Shown: positions 47,451 through 57,801 of the stretch, piece by piece
Numbering within the stretch: position 1 is the first letter of the stretch
Layout: each line of letters starts with the position of its first letter
The notes under the pieces: model-generated
What the model was told of the DNA's origin: nothing
Databases searched by the model: none
The model's input: the letters and a program-made list of their open reading frames with translations, nothing else
DNA from: Thermoanaerobaculia bacterium
GTDB taxonomy: Bacteria > Acidobacteriota > Thermoanaerobaculia > Multivoradales > Multivoraceae
NCBI GenBank assembly: GCA_963666565.1
Contig: OY762911.1
Span: forward strand, 2,432,001-2,496,000
Reading direction: 5' to 3'
Length of the DNA stretch: 64,000 bases
Made by a program: the position numbers and the translations under genes

Positions 47451-48302
47451 GTGGACTCCTCGCCGACGGGCCGCCGCGTCGACCTGCTGGGCCGGGGCGC
47501 GACCTGGGCCTACGACATCGCCGGGCCGCCCGGCGCGCCCACGCTGCTGCTCCTGCATGGCCTGGCGGCTACCGCGCTCCTGAACTGGTCGACGAGCTTC
47601 GCGGCGCTGGCGCGCGGCTTCCGGGTCGTCGCGCTCGATCACCGGGGCCACGGCCGGGGGATTCGGCGGATCGGCGCCTTCAAGCTGGAAGACTGCGCCG
47701 ACGACGTGGCGGCGCTCGCCGACCGGCTGGGCGTGGACCGGGTCATCCCGGTCGGCTACTCGATGGGCGGCGCCGTGGCCCAGTCGTTCTGGCGCCGCCA
47801 CCCGGACCGAACCGCCGGCCTCGTCCTCTGCGCGACGGGCTCCCGCTTTGGCGGTCCGCGGGCCAAGCGCGCCGCCTCGACGCTCGGACCGCTGCTGTCG
47901 CTCGCGGCGCGGGCGGCGCCCCGGTCGGTATGGGACAGCATGGGCGAGCGGATGCTCGAGAACGTCCAGGATCCCGGCCGGCGTCAGGCACTGAAGGAGG
48001 AACTCGGACCGACGGAGCCGGCCTCGGTGATCGAGGCGGCCGCCGCGCTGGCGCGTTTCGATTCCGGCCCTTGGCTGGGCGACATCGACGTCCCCGCCGC
48101 GGTCGTGCTCACGCTGCGGGACGAGCACATCCCGGCCCGGTACCAACAGGCGATGGCGGACGCCATCCCGGGCGCGGAGGTCCACCGGGTCGACGCGGAC
48201 CACTACGCCTGCGTCGCCAGGCCGCACCTGTTCGTGCCGGCCCTCTTCAGCGCCTGCCGTTCCGTCGCCTTGCGCGGCGCGTCCGTGCGCGCCGTGTCCT
48301 GA
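47451..48302 (+). CDS. Alpha/beta hydrolase
   Basis: LLHG, DHRGHG, GYSMGG motifs. Confidence 0.88.
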   Translation: MDSSPTGRRVDLLGRGATWAYDIAGPPGAPTLLLLHGLAATALLNWSTSFAALARGFRVVALDHRGHGRGIRRIGAFKLEDCADDVAALADRLGVDRVIPVGYSMGGAVAQSFWRRHPDRTAGLVLCATGSRFGGPRAKRAASTLGPLLSLAARAAPRSVWDSMGERMLENVQDPGRRQALKEELGPTEPASVIEAAAALARFDSGPWLGDIDVPAAVVLTLRDEHIPARYQQAMADAIPGAEVHRVDADHYACVARPHLFVPALFSACRSVALRGASVRAVS

Positions 48303-48319
48303 GTCCGCTCCGGCGCTGT

Positions 48320-51300
48320 TCAGAGGCGCCGCGAACGACGCTTGCGTTTTCGCCGCTGGCGCTGACGCCGCCGTGGCCGGGTGGCGCGGGCCGGCTGCGC
48401 GGCGGGCTGCCGGCTGAGGTTCACCATCCACTCCCACGCGACCCGGCTCCACGCGCTCGCCTTCTCGACGCTACGGTCGACCAGGTCGTAGACGACCGGC
48501 ACGACGAGCAGGGTGAGCAGCGTCGAAGTGGCCATGCCGCCCATCGTCAGCACCGCGATGGCGGCCCGGGCCTCGGAACCCGAAGCGGTCGAGAAGGCGA
48601 CCGGCAGCAGGCCGCAGATCAGCGAGAAGGCCGTCATCAGGACCGGACGCAGGCGCGCCGGCCCGGCTTCGAGAATGGCCTCGCGGCGCGAACGCCCGTC
48701 CTGGCGGAGCCGGTTGATGTAGTCGATCAGCAGGATCCCGTTCTTCATGACCAGCCCCATCAGCACGAGGAGGCCGATGCCAGTCATCATGTCGAGCGGC
48801 TTGCCCGCGAGCTTGAGGGCCAGGAACGCGCCGATGAAGGAGAGCGGCGCCGACATCATGATCGTGATCGGGTGGACCAGGGAGTTGAAGAGCGACGCCA
48901 GGACCATGTAGATCGCCGCGATCGCCAGCACGAAGGCGAAGAGCAGCGAGAGGCCCGTCTCCCGCATGACGACCGTCATGCCGCTGGGGACGAGCTGGTT
49001 CGGGGGCGCGAGGCCGATCCGCCGGCCGTACTCCTCGACCCGGGCGGCCAGTTCGGACTGCGCGACGCCCTCGGCGGCGTTGGCGGCGATCGTGATCTCG
49101 CGGGCGCGGTTCCGGCGGCCGATCTGGACCGCGCCCTCGCCGAGGCGGATGTCGGCGACGTTGGTGATCGGCGTCAGTTGGCCCGAGGCGGCGCGGATCC
49201 GGATCAAGTCCAGCTTGGCCGGCGTGTCGCGGTACTCGGGCAGCACCTGGACGCGGACGTCGTAGCGTTCGCCGCCTTCCTCGAAGGCGCCCAGTTCCTC
49301 CCCGGCGAGCAGGGTGCGGATCGTGCGGCCGATGACCGTGGCCGGCACTCCCAGGTCGGCCGCCCGGTCGCGGTCGACGTCGATCTCGATTTCGGGCTTG
49401 CCGGTCTCCCAGCTCGTGCCGACGTCGACGAACGCCGGGTCGGACCTCATCAGGCCGACCAGCCGCTCCGAATGGAACTCGAGGTCCTCCATCCGCGGCC
49501 CCCGCAGGCTGTAGGTCACGGCCCGCGCTCCCAACTGGTCGTCGCTCCCCGCGATCCAGGCGATCGGCGACACGGCGATCTCCTCGGCTTCCGGGACCCG
49601 CGCCAGCAACCGCTCGCGGACCCGGTCCATGATCGCGAGCTGCCCGAGGTCGCGCTCCCGCTTGTTCGTCAACTGGACGTAGATCGAGGCGCGGTGGGGC
49701 GCCTGCCGGCTGCCGCCGCCGATCGTCGCGAAGCGGTTGCGGACCTCCGGGTCGGCCGCGAGCACCTCTTCGGCGCGCCGCGCCGCCTCCGCGGTGACGG
49801 CGAGCGGCGTGCCGATCGGCATCTTGAGATCCACGTTGAACTCGCTCCGGTCCTCCGTCACGAACAGGTCGAACGGGAGGGTGCGGGCAACCAGGAAGCC
49901 GCCCGCCATGGCCGTCGCGGCGACGGCGAGCGTGACCGCGCGGTGGCCGAGGGCGCGGCGCAGAACCGCCTGGTAGAAGCGGTCCAGGCCGTCGAGGACG
50001 CGGCCCAGGAATCGGCTGACCGGGTCCTTTCCCTGGCGGGCCGTCAGCACGCGGCTGCCGAGCATGGGCGTGAAGGTCAGGGCGAAGACGCTCGAGACGC
50101 AGACGGCGATCGCCATCACCATGCCGAACTCGTAGAACCACTGGCCGACGGTGCCCGTCAGGAACGCGATCGGCACGAAGACGGCGCACAGGGCGAGGGT
50201 GGTGGAGATGACCGCCAGCGTCACCTGGCCGGCGCCTTCCTCCGCCGCTTCTCGGCGCCCCATGCCCTGCTCGATCCGCCGGTAGATCACCTCCAGCACG
50301 ACGATCGCGTCGTCGATGACGACGCCGATCGCCAGCGACAGCGCCATCAGGGTCATCACGTTCAGCGTGAAGCCGGCCAGATAGAAGAACGTGAACGACG
50401 CGATGACGGACGACGGGATCGCGAGCGCCGAGATCAGGGTCGACCTCGGGTTGCGAAGGAACAGGAGGACGACGGCGACCACCAGCAGGCCGCCCCAGAG
50501 CATGTTCGAGAACACGGAGTAGATGGAGTCCTCGATGAACACCGCCATGTCGCGGGTGATCAGGATCTCCATGCCGGGGGGCAGGTTGGGCCGCAGCGCC
50601 TCGACTTCCGTCCGAACGGCTTCGGCGACGGCGACCGTGTTCGTCCCGCTTCGCCGGCGCACTTCCAGCGAGACTCCCCGCTGCCCGTTGAAGCGGGCCA
50701 GCGAGCGCTCCTCGGCCAGGCCGTCCTCGATCTTCGCGACGTCCCGGAGGTAGACCAGGCGGCCGCCGCGCTCGGCGGCGATCAGGGCGCCGAAGTCCTC
50801 GACCCGCTTGACCCGGCCCGAGGTGGTCACGGTCCACTCGCGCTCGCGGCCCTCGACGCGGCCGCCGGCCGTCTCGGCGTTCTCGAGCAGCAGGGTGGAG
50901 CGGACGTCGTCGATCGACAGGCCGTAGCCGGCGAGACGGACGGGATCGAGCCAGATCCGGACCTCGCGCCGGCGCGAACCGATGATCTCGATGCTGCCCA
51001 CGCCGGGCAGGCGCTCGAGCCGGTCCTTGACCATGTTCTCCGCGATCTCCGACAGCTCGCGGACGGAGAGCGGGCCGCCCAGCATGACGGAGAGGATCGG
51101 CGTCGCGTCGGGATCGAGCTGGACGACCACCGGATCCTCGGCGTCGAGCGGCAGCTCGGCCCGCGCGGGAGCGACCTTCTCGCGTACCTGCTGCGCCTTG
51201 ACGTCCACGTCGTAGTTCGTCTCGAACTCGACGAAGACCTGGGAGACCCCTTCCGAGGAAACCGAGCTCAGGTCGCGGATGCCCTCGATCATGTTGATCT

Positions 51301-51511
51301 GCTCCTCGAGGATGTCCGTGACCTCGGTTTCGACCGTCTCCGGCGACGCTCCTTCCAGGACCGTGGTCACCGTGACGAAGGGCACCTCGACGTCCGGGTT
51401 CAGGTCGACGTTGAGCCGGTTCAGCGACACGAGGCCCAGAACGACCAGGGCCACGTTCAGCATGAGGGCGAAGACGGGCCGGCGGATCGAGAGGAGGGGC
51501 AGGTTCAGCAT
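48320..51511 (-). CDS. RND efflux permease (AcrB family)
   Basis: IRRPV, DDAIVVLE, KNGILL, RLRPVLMT motifs. Confidence 0.96.
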   Translation of the reverse strand: MLNLPLLSIRRPVFALMLNVALVVLGLVSLNRLNVDLNPDVEVPFVTVTTVLEGASPETVETEVTDILEEQINMIEGIRDLSSVSSEGVSQVFVEFETNYDVDVKAQQVREKVAPARAELPLDAEDPVVVQLDPDATPILSVMLGGPLSVRELSEIAENMVKDRLERLPGVGSIEIIGSRRREVRIWLDPVRLAGYGLSIDDVRSTLLLENAETAGGRVEGREREWTVTTSGRVKRVEDFGALIAAERGGRLVYLRDVAKIEDGLAEERSLARFNGQRGVSLEVRRRSGTNTVAVAEAVRTEVEALRPNLPPGMEILITRDMAVFIEDSIYSVFSNMLWGGLLVVAVVLLFLRNPRSTLISALAIPSSVIASFTFFYLAGFTLNVMTLMALSLAIGVVIDDAIVVLEVIYRRIEQGMGRREAAEEGAGQVTLAVISTTLALCAVFVPIAFLTGTVGQWFYEFGMVMAIAVCVSSVFALTFTPMLGSRVLTARQGKDPVSRFLGRVLDGLDRFYQAVLRRALGHRAVTLAVAATAMAGGFLVARTLPFDLFVTEDRSEFNVDLKMPIGTPLAVTAEAARRAEEVLAADPEVRNRFATIGGGSRQAPHRASIYVQLTNKRERDLGQLAIMDRVRERLLARVPEAEEIAVSPIAWIAGSDDQLGARAVTYSLRGPRMEDLEFHSERLVGLMRSDPAFVDVGTSWETGKPEIEIDVDRDRAADLGVPATVIGRTIRTLLAGEELGAFEEGGERYDVRVQVLPEYRDTPAKLDLIRIRAASGQLTPITNVADIRLGEGAVQIGRRNRAREITIAANAAEGVAQSELAARVEEYGRRIGLAPPNQLVPSGMTVVMRETGLSLLFAFVLAIAAIYMVLASLFNSLVHPITIMMSAPLSFIGAFLALKLAGKPLDMMTGIGLLVLMGLVMKNGILLIDYINRLRQDGRSRREAILEAGPARLRPVLMTAFSLICGLLPVAFSTASGSEARAAIAVLTMGGMATSTLLTLLVVPVVYDLVDRSVEKASAWSRVAWEWMVNLSRQPAAQPARATRPRRRQRQRRKRKRRSRRL

Positions 51512-51527
51512 CGTCGTCGTCCGACCC

Positions 51528-52718
51528 TCAGGGCGCGTTCGGGAGCTGGGCCAGGGGCGAGTTCCCGGCGTCGCCCGCGGGCGGCGATTCGGCGGCGTAG
51601 ATCGGCGCGCCGTCGGCCAGGCGTTCGATCAGGGGCCCGGTGACGACCGCGTCGCCCGGTTCGGCGCCGCTCCGGATCTCGACCCAGCGGGGGCCCGCGG
51701 CGCCGGTCGTCACCTCGATCCGGCGCGCCCGTCCGTCTTCGGCGCCGAACACGTAGGCGCGGCCGTCGCGGTTCAGGACCGCGGCGCGTTCGACGATGAC
51801 GGCGCCGCCGGGGGTCCGCGGCCTGATCTCGGCGCGGACGAAGGCGCCCGCCTTCGCCCCGGGCATGTCGCCGGGAACCGGCGCCCGCACCCGGTAGGTG
51901 CGGCTCTCCGGGTCGATCCTCGCGTTCACCGAGGCGATCCGCGACTCGAAGGGCGCGGCCGCGCCCTCGACGATCAGCAGGGCCGGGTCGCCGACCCGGA
52001 CCGGCGCCGCCGCCGCGGCGGGCACGTCGAGCTCGGCGGCGAAGCCGGTGTGCTCCTGAATCGTGAGGACGACCGAGCCCGGCCCGACGATGGCGCCCTC
52101 GTGAAGCTGCCGTTCGACCACGTGGGCGTCGTACGGACTCGTCACCGCCGTGCGGGTCAGGTCCTGCTCGGCGCTCTCGACCGTCGCGAGTTCCTGCTCG
52201 ACGCGGGCCCTGGCCACCGCGAGGTGGGTCAGTTGCCGGTCGAGGTGCTGGGTCGGGGCGACCTCCTGTTCGGCCAGCCGCCGGACCCGCTCCAGCTCCT
52301 GCCGGGCCTGCGCGGCCTCGGCCTGGGCCAGGGCAAGGCCGGCGCGCGCCCGCTTCAGGTCGGTCTCGAACGGTCCCGGATCGAGCTGGAGCACGACGTC
52401 GCCCGCCGCCACACGGTCGCCGACGTCGAAGTGGACGGCGGCGATGCGCCCGGCGACTTCCGGTCCGAGTTCGGTCAGGCGGGGAGCGACGACGGAGCCG
52501 GAAGCCGTGACGAGGGCGTCGACCTGGCCGCGGCGCACGCGAGTCGTCGGGGCGGATTCGCCGCGAAAACCCGGGGCTGCGCCGGCCGTCTCGGTTCCGC
52601 CGCCGGCGCCGCCGGCGCCGGCGTCCCGGCAGCCGGCGCTCGCGAGGCTCAGAACGAGCATCGCGCAGATCGCGGGCGACGCGCTTCGCGCCTCGTAGTC
52701 CGGCCTGGTGCCTTTCAT
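51528..52718 (-). CDS. RND membrane-fusion (periplasmic adaptor) lipoprotein
   Basis: Lipobox-like SAGC, lipoyl-like halves, coiled hairpin. Confidence 0.9.
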   Translation of the reverse strand: MKGTRPDYEARSASPAICAMLVLSLASAGCRDAGAGGAGGGTETAGAAPGFRGESAPTTRVRRGQVDALVTASGSVVAPRLTELGPEVAGRIAAVHFDVGDRVAAGDVVLQLDPGPFETDLKRARAGLALAQAEAAQARQELERVRRLAEQEVAPTQHLDRQLTHLAVARARVEQELATVESAEQDLTRTAVTSPYDAHVVERQLHEGAIVGPGSVVLTIQEHTGFAAELDVPAAAAAPVRVGDPALLIVEGAAAPFESRIASVNARIDPESRTYRVRAPVPGDMPGAKAGAFVRAEIRPRTPGGAVIVERAAVLNRDGRAYVFGAEDGRARRIEVTTGAAGPRWVEIRSGAEPGDAVVTGPLIERLADGAPIYAAESPPAGDAGNSPLAQLPNAP

Positions 52719-52936
52719 TGACCGACTCCTGCTGGAAGTCGCGGAGTCGGGCCGGGACGGCCTGCATCGGACGGGTCCGGCGCCCCGGCCCTCCTCGTCG
52801 TCGCGCGGTTCGCGGCCGTGCCCGGTCGGGCTGGTACGCTGCCGCTATCCGCGTCCGAGATCATACAGCCGGCGGCGGATTTCCGCGGAACCGTCGCGCT
52901 CCGGCCTTCCCGCCCTGCCTGGAGGTTCGATCGAAC

Positions 52937-53776
52937 ATGCGTCCCGATTCCCGAAGAGTCTCCGTTCCCGGCGTCGCCGTTTCGCTGGCGGTCCTGGGCC
53001 TCGCCCCCGGCGCCGCGTCGCCGGCGCTCGCCGAGGAGTTCGACCACGTTCACCTGATCGCGCCCGAGACGCTGGCGGCGGCGAAGTGGTACCAGGAGCT
53101 CTTCGGCGGCGAACTCGGCAAGAGCGGTCCCTTCGATGCCGTCTACTACGGCAACGACATCCTGAAGGTCCGGGAAGGCGAACCGACGAGCGGCAGCGGC
53201 GGCACGTCCCTCGACCACATCAGCTTCTCCGTGACGGACGTGGAGGCGAGCCTGGAGGAGTGCGAAGCCGCGGGCGGCAAGGCGGTCGGCGCGGCTCGGC
53301 ACGTGGAGGCGGCCGGATTCACATTCGGTTTCTGCGAAGACCCCTGGGGCACGCGGATCGAGGTGATCGACGACATGGACCACGGCGGCGCGCCGGGACT
53401 GCACCACGTTCACGTGTTCACAAGCGACGCGGCCGCCACGGTGGCCTGGTACGCCGAGCAGTTCGGCGGTGAAGTCGTCGCGTTCAAGGGGCTTGCGCCG
53501 CTGCAGTCGATCCTCTACGACAACGGCGGCGACGAGACATGGCTGATCGTCACCCAGGCGCCGGGCGAACGGACCGGCACCGACGGCACGGCGGTCGATC
53601 ACATCGGTTGGCACACCACGGAGTACGATTCCTGGCTCGAACGGTTGCGCGCCAACGGCGTGAAATTCGTCGAAGAGCCGCGGGTGCTGGACGCCGGACA
53701 CCGGATCGCCTTCGTCGAGGGACCCGAGGGTACGAAGATCGAGCTGGTGGAGCTGCTGGAGGGAGGATCTCCTTGA
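52937..53776 (+). CDS. Secreted two-domain VOC/glyoxalase protein
   Basis: FDHVHL, DHISF, LHHVH, DPWGTRIE; signal peptide; RBS GGAGG. Confidence 0.85.
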   Translation: MRPDSRRVSVPGVAVSLAVLGLAPGAASPALAEEFDHVHLIAPETLAAAKWYQELFGGELGKSGPFDAVYYGNDILKVREGEPTSGSGGTSLDHISFSVTDVEASLEECEAAGGKAVGAARHVEAAGFTFGFCEDPWGTRIEVIDDMDHGGAPGLHHVHVFTSDAAATVAWYAEQFGGEVVAFKGLAPLQSILYDNGGDETWLIVTQAPGERTGTDGTAVDHIGWHTTEYDSWLERLRANGVKFVEEPRVLDAGHRIAFVEGPEGTKIELVELLEGGSP

Positions 53777-54843
53777 CGCGCACGGAACTGGTGGCCCACT
53801 GGGTACGCGGGTCTTCTGACCCGCTGCCGCCGCAGGCGGCCAGAAATGCGCGCCGGCCGCGAGGCCGGCTCTGCTTTGGCCGCCGGTTCCGTGCGAGCCG
53901 GCGCCTGAACGCGAGGCGGCGGCTCGTCTGCGCGGCCGCGGCGCTGGCGGCGGCCGGACCGCTCGCGGCGCAGGAGGTGGGCTCGCCCGTCGAACCGGCC
54001 AGGTTCCACCACATCCACCTGAACGTCACCGACGTCGAGCGTTCCATCGACTTCTACCGCGCCACCTTCGGCGCCTTGCCCATCGAGTTCCGGGGCGTCT
54101 CGGACGCCCTGTTCACCGAGCGGTCCTTCATCCTCCTCAACGAGGTGGACGAGCCGCCGGACGGCGGCCAGCGGAGCGGCATCTGGCACTTCGGCTGGGG
54201 CGGCGTCGACCTGCCGAGCCAGTACCGCTGGCTGGTGTCCCGCGGCGTCGACATCCACACGCCGATCTACCGCCTGGGCCGGGGGCACGTGATCTACGTC
54301 AACGGCCCCGACCGCGAGATGATCGAGGTGAACACGATGGGCCACCACCGGTTCGCTCACCTCCATCTGTTCGCGGCCGACGTCAACGAGACGGCGGCCT
54401 GGTACGAACGCCACTTCGGACTGCCCGCGCGGCGCAGCGCCGAGGGCAACCCGCGTCCGGTCGGCGAGGGCGCGAAGTTCGCCACCTGGGAGGAGTTCCA
54501 CCGGGAACACCGGGCCTGGGCCAACTCGTTTCGCGCCGACAACGTGAACTTCATCGTCTACAACCTGCCGGACTACGAGCCGGTGGCGCCGTGGTGGCCC
54601 GAGGACGCGGCGCCGCTGCTGGAGACCCAGCCGCAACGGGGCCGCGCGATCGACCATTTCGCCTTCTCCTACCGCGACATCGAGCCGGTGTTCGAACGGC
54701 TGAAGGCCGCCGGAATCGAGATCGTCGAGCCGATCGCCTACCGGCCGGAGCTCGACATGAGGAGCTTCTTCGTCATGGGCCCGGACAAGGTGGCGGTGGA
54801 GGTCGTCGAGGCGAAACCGATCCCCGAAGGCGTCTGGGACTGA
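53773..54843 (+). CDS. Secreted VOC/glyoxalase protein with REP-derived N-terminus
   Basis: FHHIHLN, FAHLHL, DHFAF; TTG start overlaps the upstream stop; RBS GGAGG. Confidence 0.8.
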   Translation: MTRTELVAHWVRGSSDPLPPQAARNARRPRGRLCFGRRFRASRRLNARRRLVCAAAALAAAGPLAAQEVGSPVEPARFHHIHLNVTDVERSIDFYRATFGALPIEFRGVSDALFTERSFILLNEVDEPPDGGQRSGIWHFGWGGVDLPSQYRWLVSRGVDIHTPIYRLGRGHVIYVNGPDREMIEVNTMGHHRFAHLHLFAADVNETAAWYERHFGLPARRSAEGNPRPVGEGAKFATWEEFHREHRAWANSFRADNVNFIVYNLPDYEPVAPWWPEDAAPLLETQPQRGRAIDHFAFSYRDIEPVFERLKAAGIEIVEPIAYRPELDMRSFFVMGPDKVAVEVVEAKPIPEGVWD

Positions 54844-55066
54844 CCGCACCGGGTGCGCGGGTCTGACATCCGACCGCCCGCCGACGGGCGCTCGGACTGT
54901 GACGCGGCTGGCGCGGGGACACGCCAGCCGGGTTCCGACCCGCACCGGGTGCGCCGGCGTCCCCGCCGGCATCCGGCGCGAAGCGCCAGCCTTCGGAAGC
55001 AGGCCGCACCGGCCTGCTAGAGTCCGCCTGCCACTCGGACAAACCGGCTCGAAACTGGAGGCGCGC

Positions 55067-56386
55067 ATGAACCGCTCGATCGCTGCACTTCTCGTCCTCG
55101 GCACGCTCGGACTCGCGTCCGCGGCGGCCGCCGCCGACACCGGCGACGCCGTCACCTTCCACGAGGACGTCCTGGCCATCTTCCAGGAGAACTGCCAGAC
55201 CTGCCACCGCCCGGGCGGCGACAACGTGGCCGGCATGGTGGCGCCGATGTCCCTGATGACCTACGACGAGGTGCGGCCGTGGGCGCGCTCCATTGCCCGC
55301 CTCGTGCAGAGCCGCGAGATGCCCCCCTGGGACGCGACGGACCACACCGCCGGCGTCTTCCTCAACGAGCGGACCCTCACCCGGGAAGAGATCGACACGG
55401 TCGTGGCCTGGGCGAAGCGCGGCGCCCCCAAGGGCGATCCGTCGAAGGGTCCGGCGCCCCGCGAGTGGGAGGACACCGGCGGCTTCCTCATCGGCAAGCC
55501 CGATCTGCTCGTGTACATGGAGGAGCCCTACCACGTGGGCGACGACGTGGAGGACGAACAGCCGAACTTCTTCATCACGCTGACGGAGGAGATGCTCCCC
55601 GAGCCGCGCTGGATCCAGGCGATCGAGTACCAGCCGGACGCCGAGTTCGTCCATCACATCACCGGCCGGGCGTTGATCCCGAACGAGGACGGCGAGGTCG
55701 ACGTGCTGAGCGAGAACACCTTCTCGCTCGGTTCGATCGCGGCCGGCGAGGACCCGACGATCTACCCGCCGGGCTTCGGCAACCTGCTGCGGGCGGGCAT
55801 GGTCGTCCGCCTGAACGTCCACTACCACAAGGAGCCCGGTCCGGGCTCCGGCGGCTACGACCGGTCGGCGGTCGCCTTCCGCTTCCACCCGGTCGGCGCC
55901 GAGGTCAAGCACAAGGTGACCTGGAACACGATCGGCGCCGGCGCCTTCGAGATCCCGCCGGGCCACGGCAACTGGCGCGTCGGCTCGTCCCGGATCTTCG
56001 AGAAGGACACCGTGCTGCTGTCTCTCCATCCGCACATGCACTTCCGCGGCCAGAGCATGAAGTACACGGCCCACTACCCGGACGGCGGCGCCGAGGTGCT
56101 GCTCGACGTGCCCGAGTACGACTACAGTTGGCAGACGAACTACATCTACCGCGAGCCGAAGGTGCTGCCGGCGGGCACCCGCGTCGAGATCGAGGCCGTC
56201 TACGACAACTCGGAGACCAAGCTCGATGAGTACCCCTTCCTGAACATCGGCCGGGCGGTCGACTGGGGCGCCCAGAGCACGGACGAGATGATGGCGCCGT
56301 TCCTGGCCTGGACCTACGTCGAGCCCGAAGACGCGGCGGCCATCCGCGCAACCGGCGCCGCCGGATCCACCGGCGGCGGCGAGTAG
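55067..56386 (+). CDS. Cytochrome c plus copper type II monooxygenase-like protein
   Basis: CQTCH, VHH, HYH, HPHMHFRG, DEMM motifs. Confidence 0.8.
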   Translation: MNRSIAALLVLGTLGLASAAAAADTGDAVTFHEDVLAIFQENCQTCHRPGGDNVAGMVAPMSLMTYDEVRPWARSIARLVQSREMPPWDATDHTAGVFLNERTLTREEIDTVVAWAKRGAPKGDPSKGPAPREWEDTGGFLIGKPDLLVYMEEPYHVGDDVEDEQPNFFITLTEEMLPEPRWIQAIEYQPDAEFVHHITGRALIPNEDGEVDVLSENTFSLGSIAAGEDPTIYPPGFGNLLRAGMVVRLNVHYHKEPGPGSGGYDRSAVAFRFHPVGAEVKHKVTWNTIGAGAFEIPPGHGNWRVGSSRIFEKDTVLLSLHPHMHFRGQSMKYTAHYPDGGAEVLLDVPEYDYSWQTNYIYREPKVLPAGTRVEIEAVYDNSETKLDEYPFLNIGRAVDWGAQSTDEMMAPFLAWTYVEPEDAAAIRATGAAGSTGGGE

Positions 56387-56415
56387 CAGGCTGGGTGCGC
56401 GGGTCTTCCGACCCG

Positions 56416-57792
56416 CTACCGCGGAGAGAGCACTCCCAGTGGCGGCGAGCCGTCCAGGCTCTCGAAGTCGACGTCGAGCAGCATCGCGATGAGGTCGGCG
56501 ATGTCCGTCAGGCCCATGCGGTGCACGGTGCGGCCGGCTTCGAAGCCGGCGCCCCAGCCGACGAAGCCGGTGAGGATCTCGGGGAAGTCGGTGGGGAAGT
56601 GGCCGTGGGCGCCGCCGTCGGTGGGCCTGATCGCGTCGCCGGAGGCGTCGGCGCCGAAGCTGACGCCGAGCGCACCGGCGAGGGCGAAGGGGACGCCCGG
56701 GCTGGCGCCGATCTCGTCGAGTTCGTCGCGTTCGACGATCCGGAACAGCCGGCCGATGGGTTGGGGCAGGTCGGCGAGGATGGCGCGGACTGCCTTCAGC
56801 GCCTCTTCGTCGCCCGCGTCCCGCAGGTGAAGGAAGGTGGCGCCGCCGCTGGGGTGGAACGTGGCGCGCCACTCGCCGCGGTCGGGTGCCGTGCCGTGGA
56901 GACCGGCTTCGGCGAGCCAGACGTTGGGCATCACCTGGGTGTGGAGGTCGACGAAGCCGTGGTCGCCGGTGATCACGAAGGCCGTGCGGTCCAGGATGCC
57001 GGCGCGGGCCGCGGCGTCGCGGACCGCGCCGACCGCACGGTCGGCGGCGCCGACGGCGCGCCGGATGCGATCCGATTCCCGGCCGTGCGCGTGCTGGGCG
57101 GAGTCGGTCGTGATCAGGTGCAGCGCCAGCAGGGCCGGCTTGTGGGTCTCCAGGACGTAGGCGGCCATGGCGCCCGTCGTGTCGTCACGGGTGATGTAGG
57201 CGGCGCCGTAGTTGCGCAGGTTGAGCCGGCCGGTGGCCTCGCGCTCGAGTTCCTGCCACAGGCCTGGAGTCGTGCCCTCGCGCATCGGGGCAAGGCGGTC
57301 GCTGTTCGGGTCGAGGGAGTAGGTCTCGGGCACGAAGCGGTCGATCGGAGCACCGACGGTGACCGGCCACGAGATCGCGGCGGTCTGCTTGCCGGCAGCG
57401 CGCACCGCGTCCCAGAGCGTGTCGACCTGAATCGAGGACTCGAACCAGTACCACTCGCCGGTCTGTCCCTCCGGTTCGAAGGGCCGGTTGTAGTAGATCC
57501 CGTGCCGGGCGGGCAACGCGCCGGTGACGATCGTCGTGTGCGACGGGTAGGTGACGGTCGGAAACACCCCGCGCACGCCCTCGGCTTGGGCGCCGTCGCG
57601 TGCCATCTGCTGGATGTTCGGCGCCGGCCAGGAGGAGCCGGGGAGGTAGAAATCCGGCCGGAAGCCGTCCACCGAGACGAGCACGACGTGATCCGCGCGC
57701 TGCTCCGCCTGTGCCGCCAGCGGACCGGTAGCCAGCAGGAGACAACAGATGACAGGCCCGACTCTCCTGGCGATGGACGGTCCGGTTGCCAT
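56416..57792 (-). CDS. Nucleotide pyrophosphatase/phosphodiesterase (alkaline phosphatase superfamily)
   Basis: SVDGFRPD, FPTVTYPSH, TGDHG, GAHG motifs. Confidence 0.9.
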   Translation of the reverse strand: MATGPSIARRVGPVICCLLLATGPLAAQAEQRADHVVLVSVDGFRPDFYLPGSSWPAPNIQQMARDGAQAEGVRGVFPTVTYPSHTTIVTGALPARHGIYYNRPFEPEGQTGEWYWFESSIQVDTLWDAVRAAGKQTAAISWPVTVGAPIDRFVPETYSLDPNSDRLAPMREGTTPGLWQELEREATGRLNLRNYGAAYITRDDTTGAMAAYVLETHKPALLALHLITTDSAQHAHGRESDRIRRAVGAADRAVGAVRDAAARAGILDRTAFVITGDHGFVDLHTQVMPNVWLAEAGLHGTAPDRGEWRATFHPSGGATFLHLRDAGDEEALKAVRAILADLPQPIGRLFRIVERDELDEIGASPGVPFALAGALGVSFGADASGDAIRPTDGGAHGHFPTDFPEILTGFVGWGAGFEAGRTVHRMGLTDIADLIAMLLDVDFESLDGSPPLGVLSPR

Positions 57793-57801
57793 CGTGCTCC
57801 C

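Noticed and set aside
17609-51643. Very long Arg/Gly/Pro-rich ORFs (e.g. 17860-21372, 41099-44923 portion, 47930-51643, 32005-35049)
   Set aside because: Shadow or antisense frames of real high-GC genes
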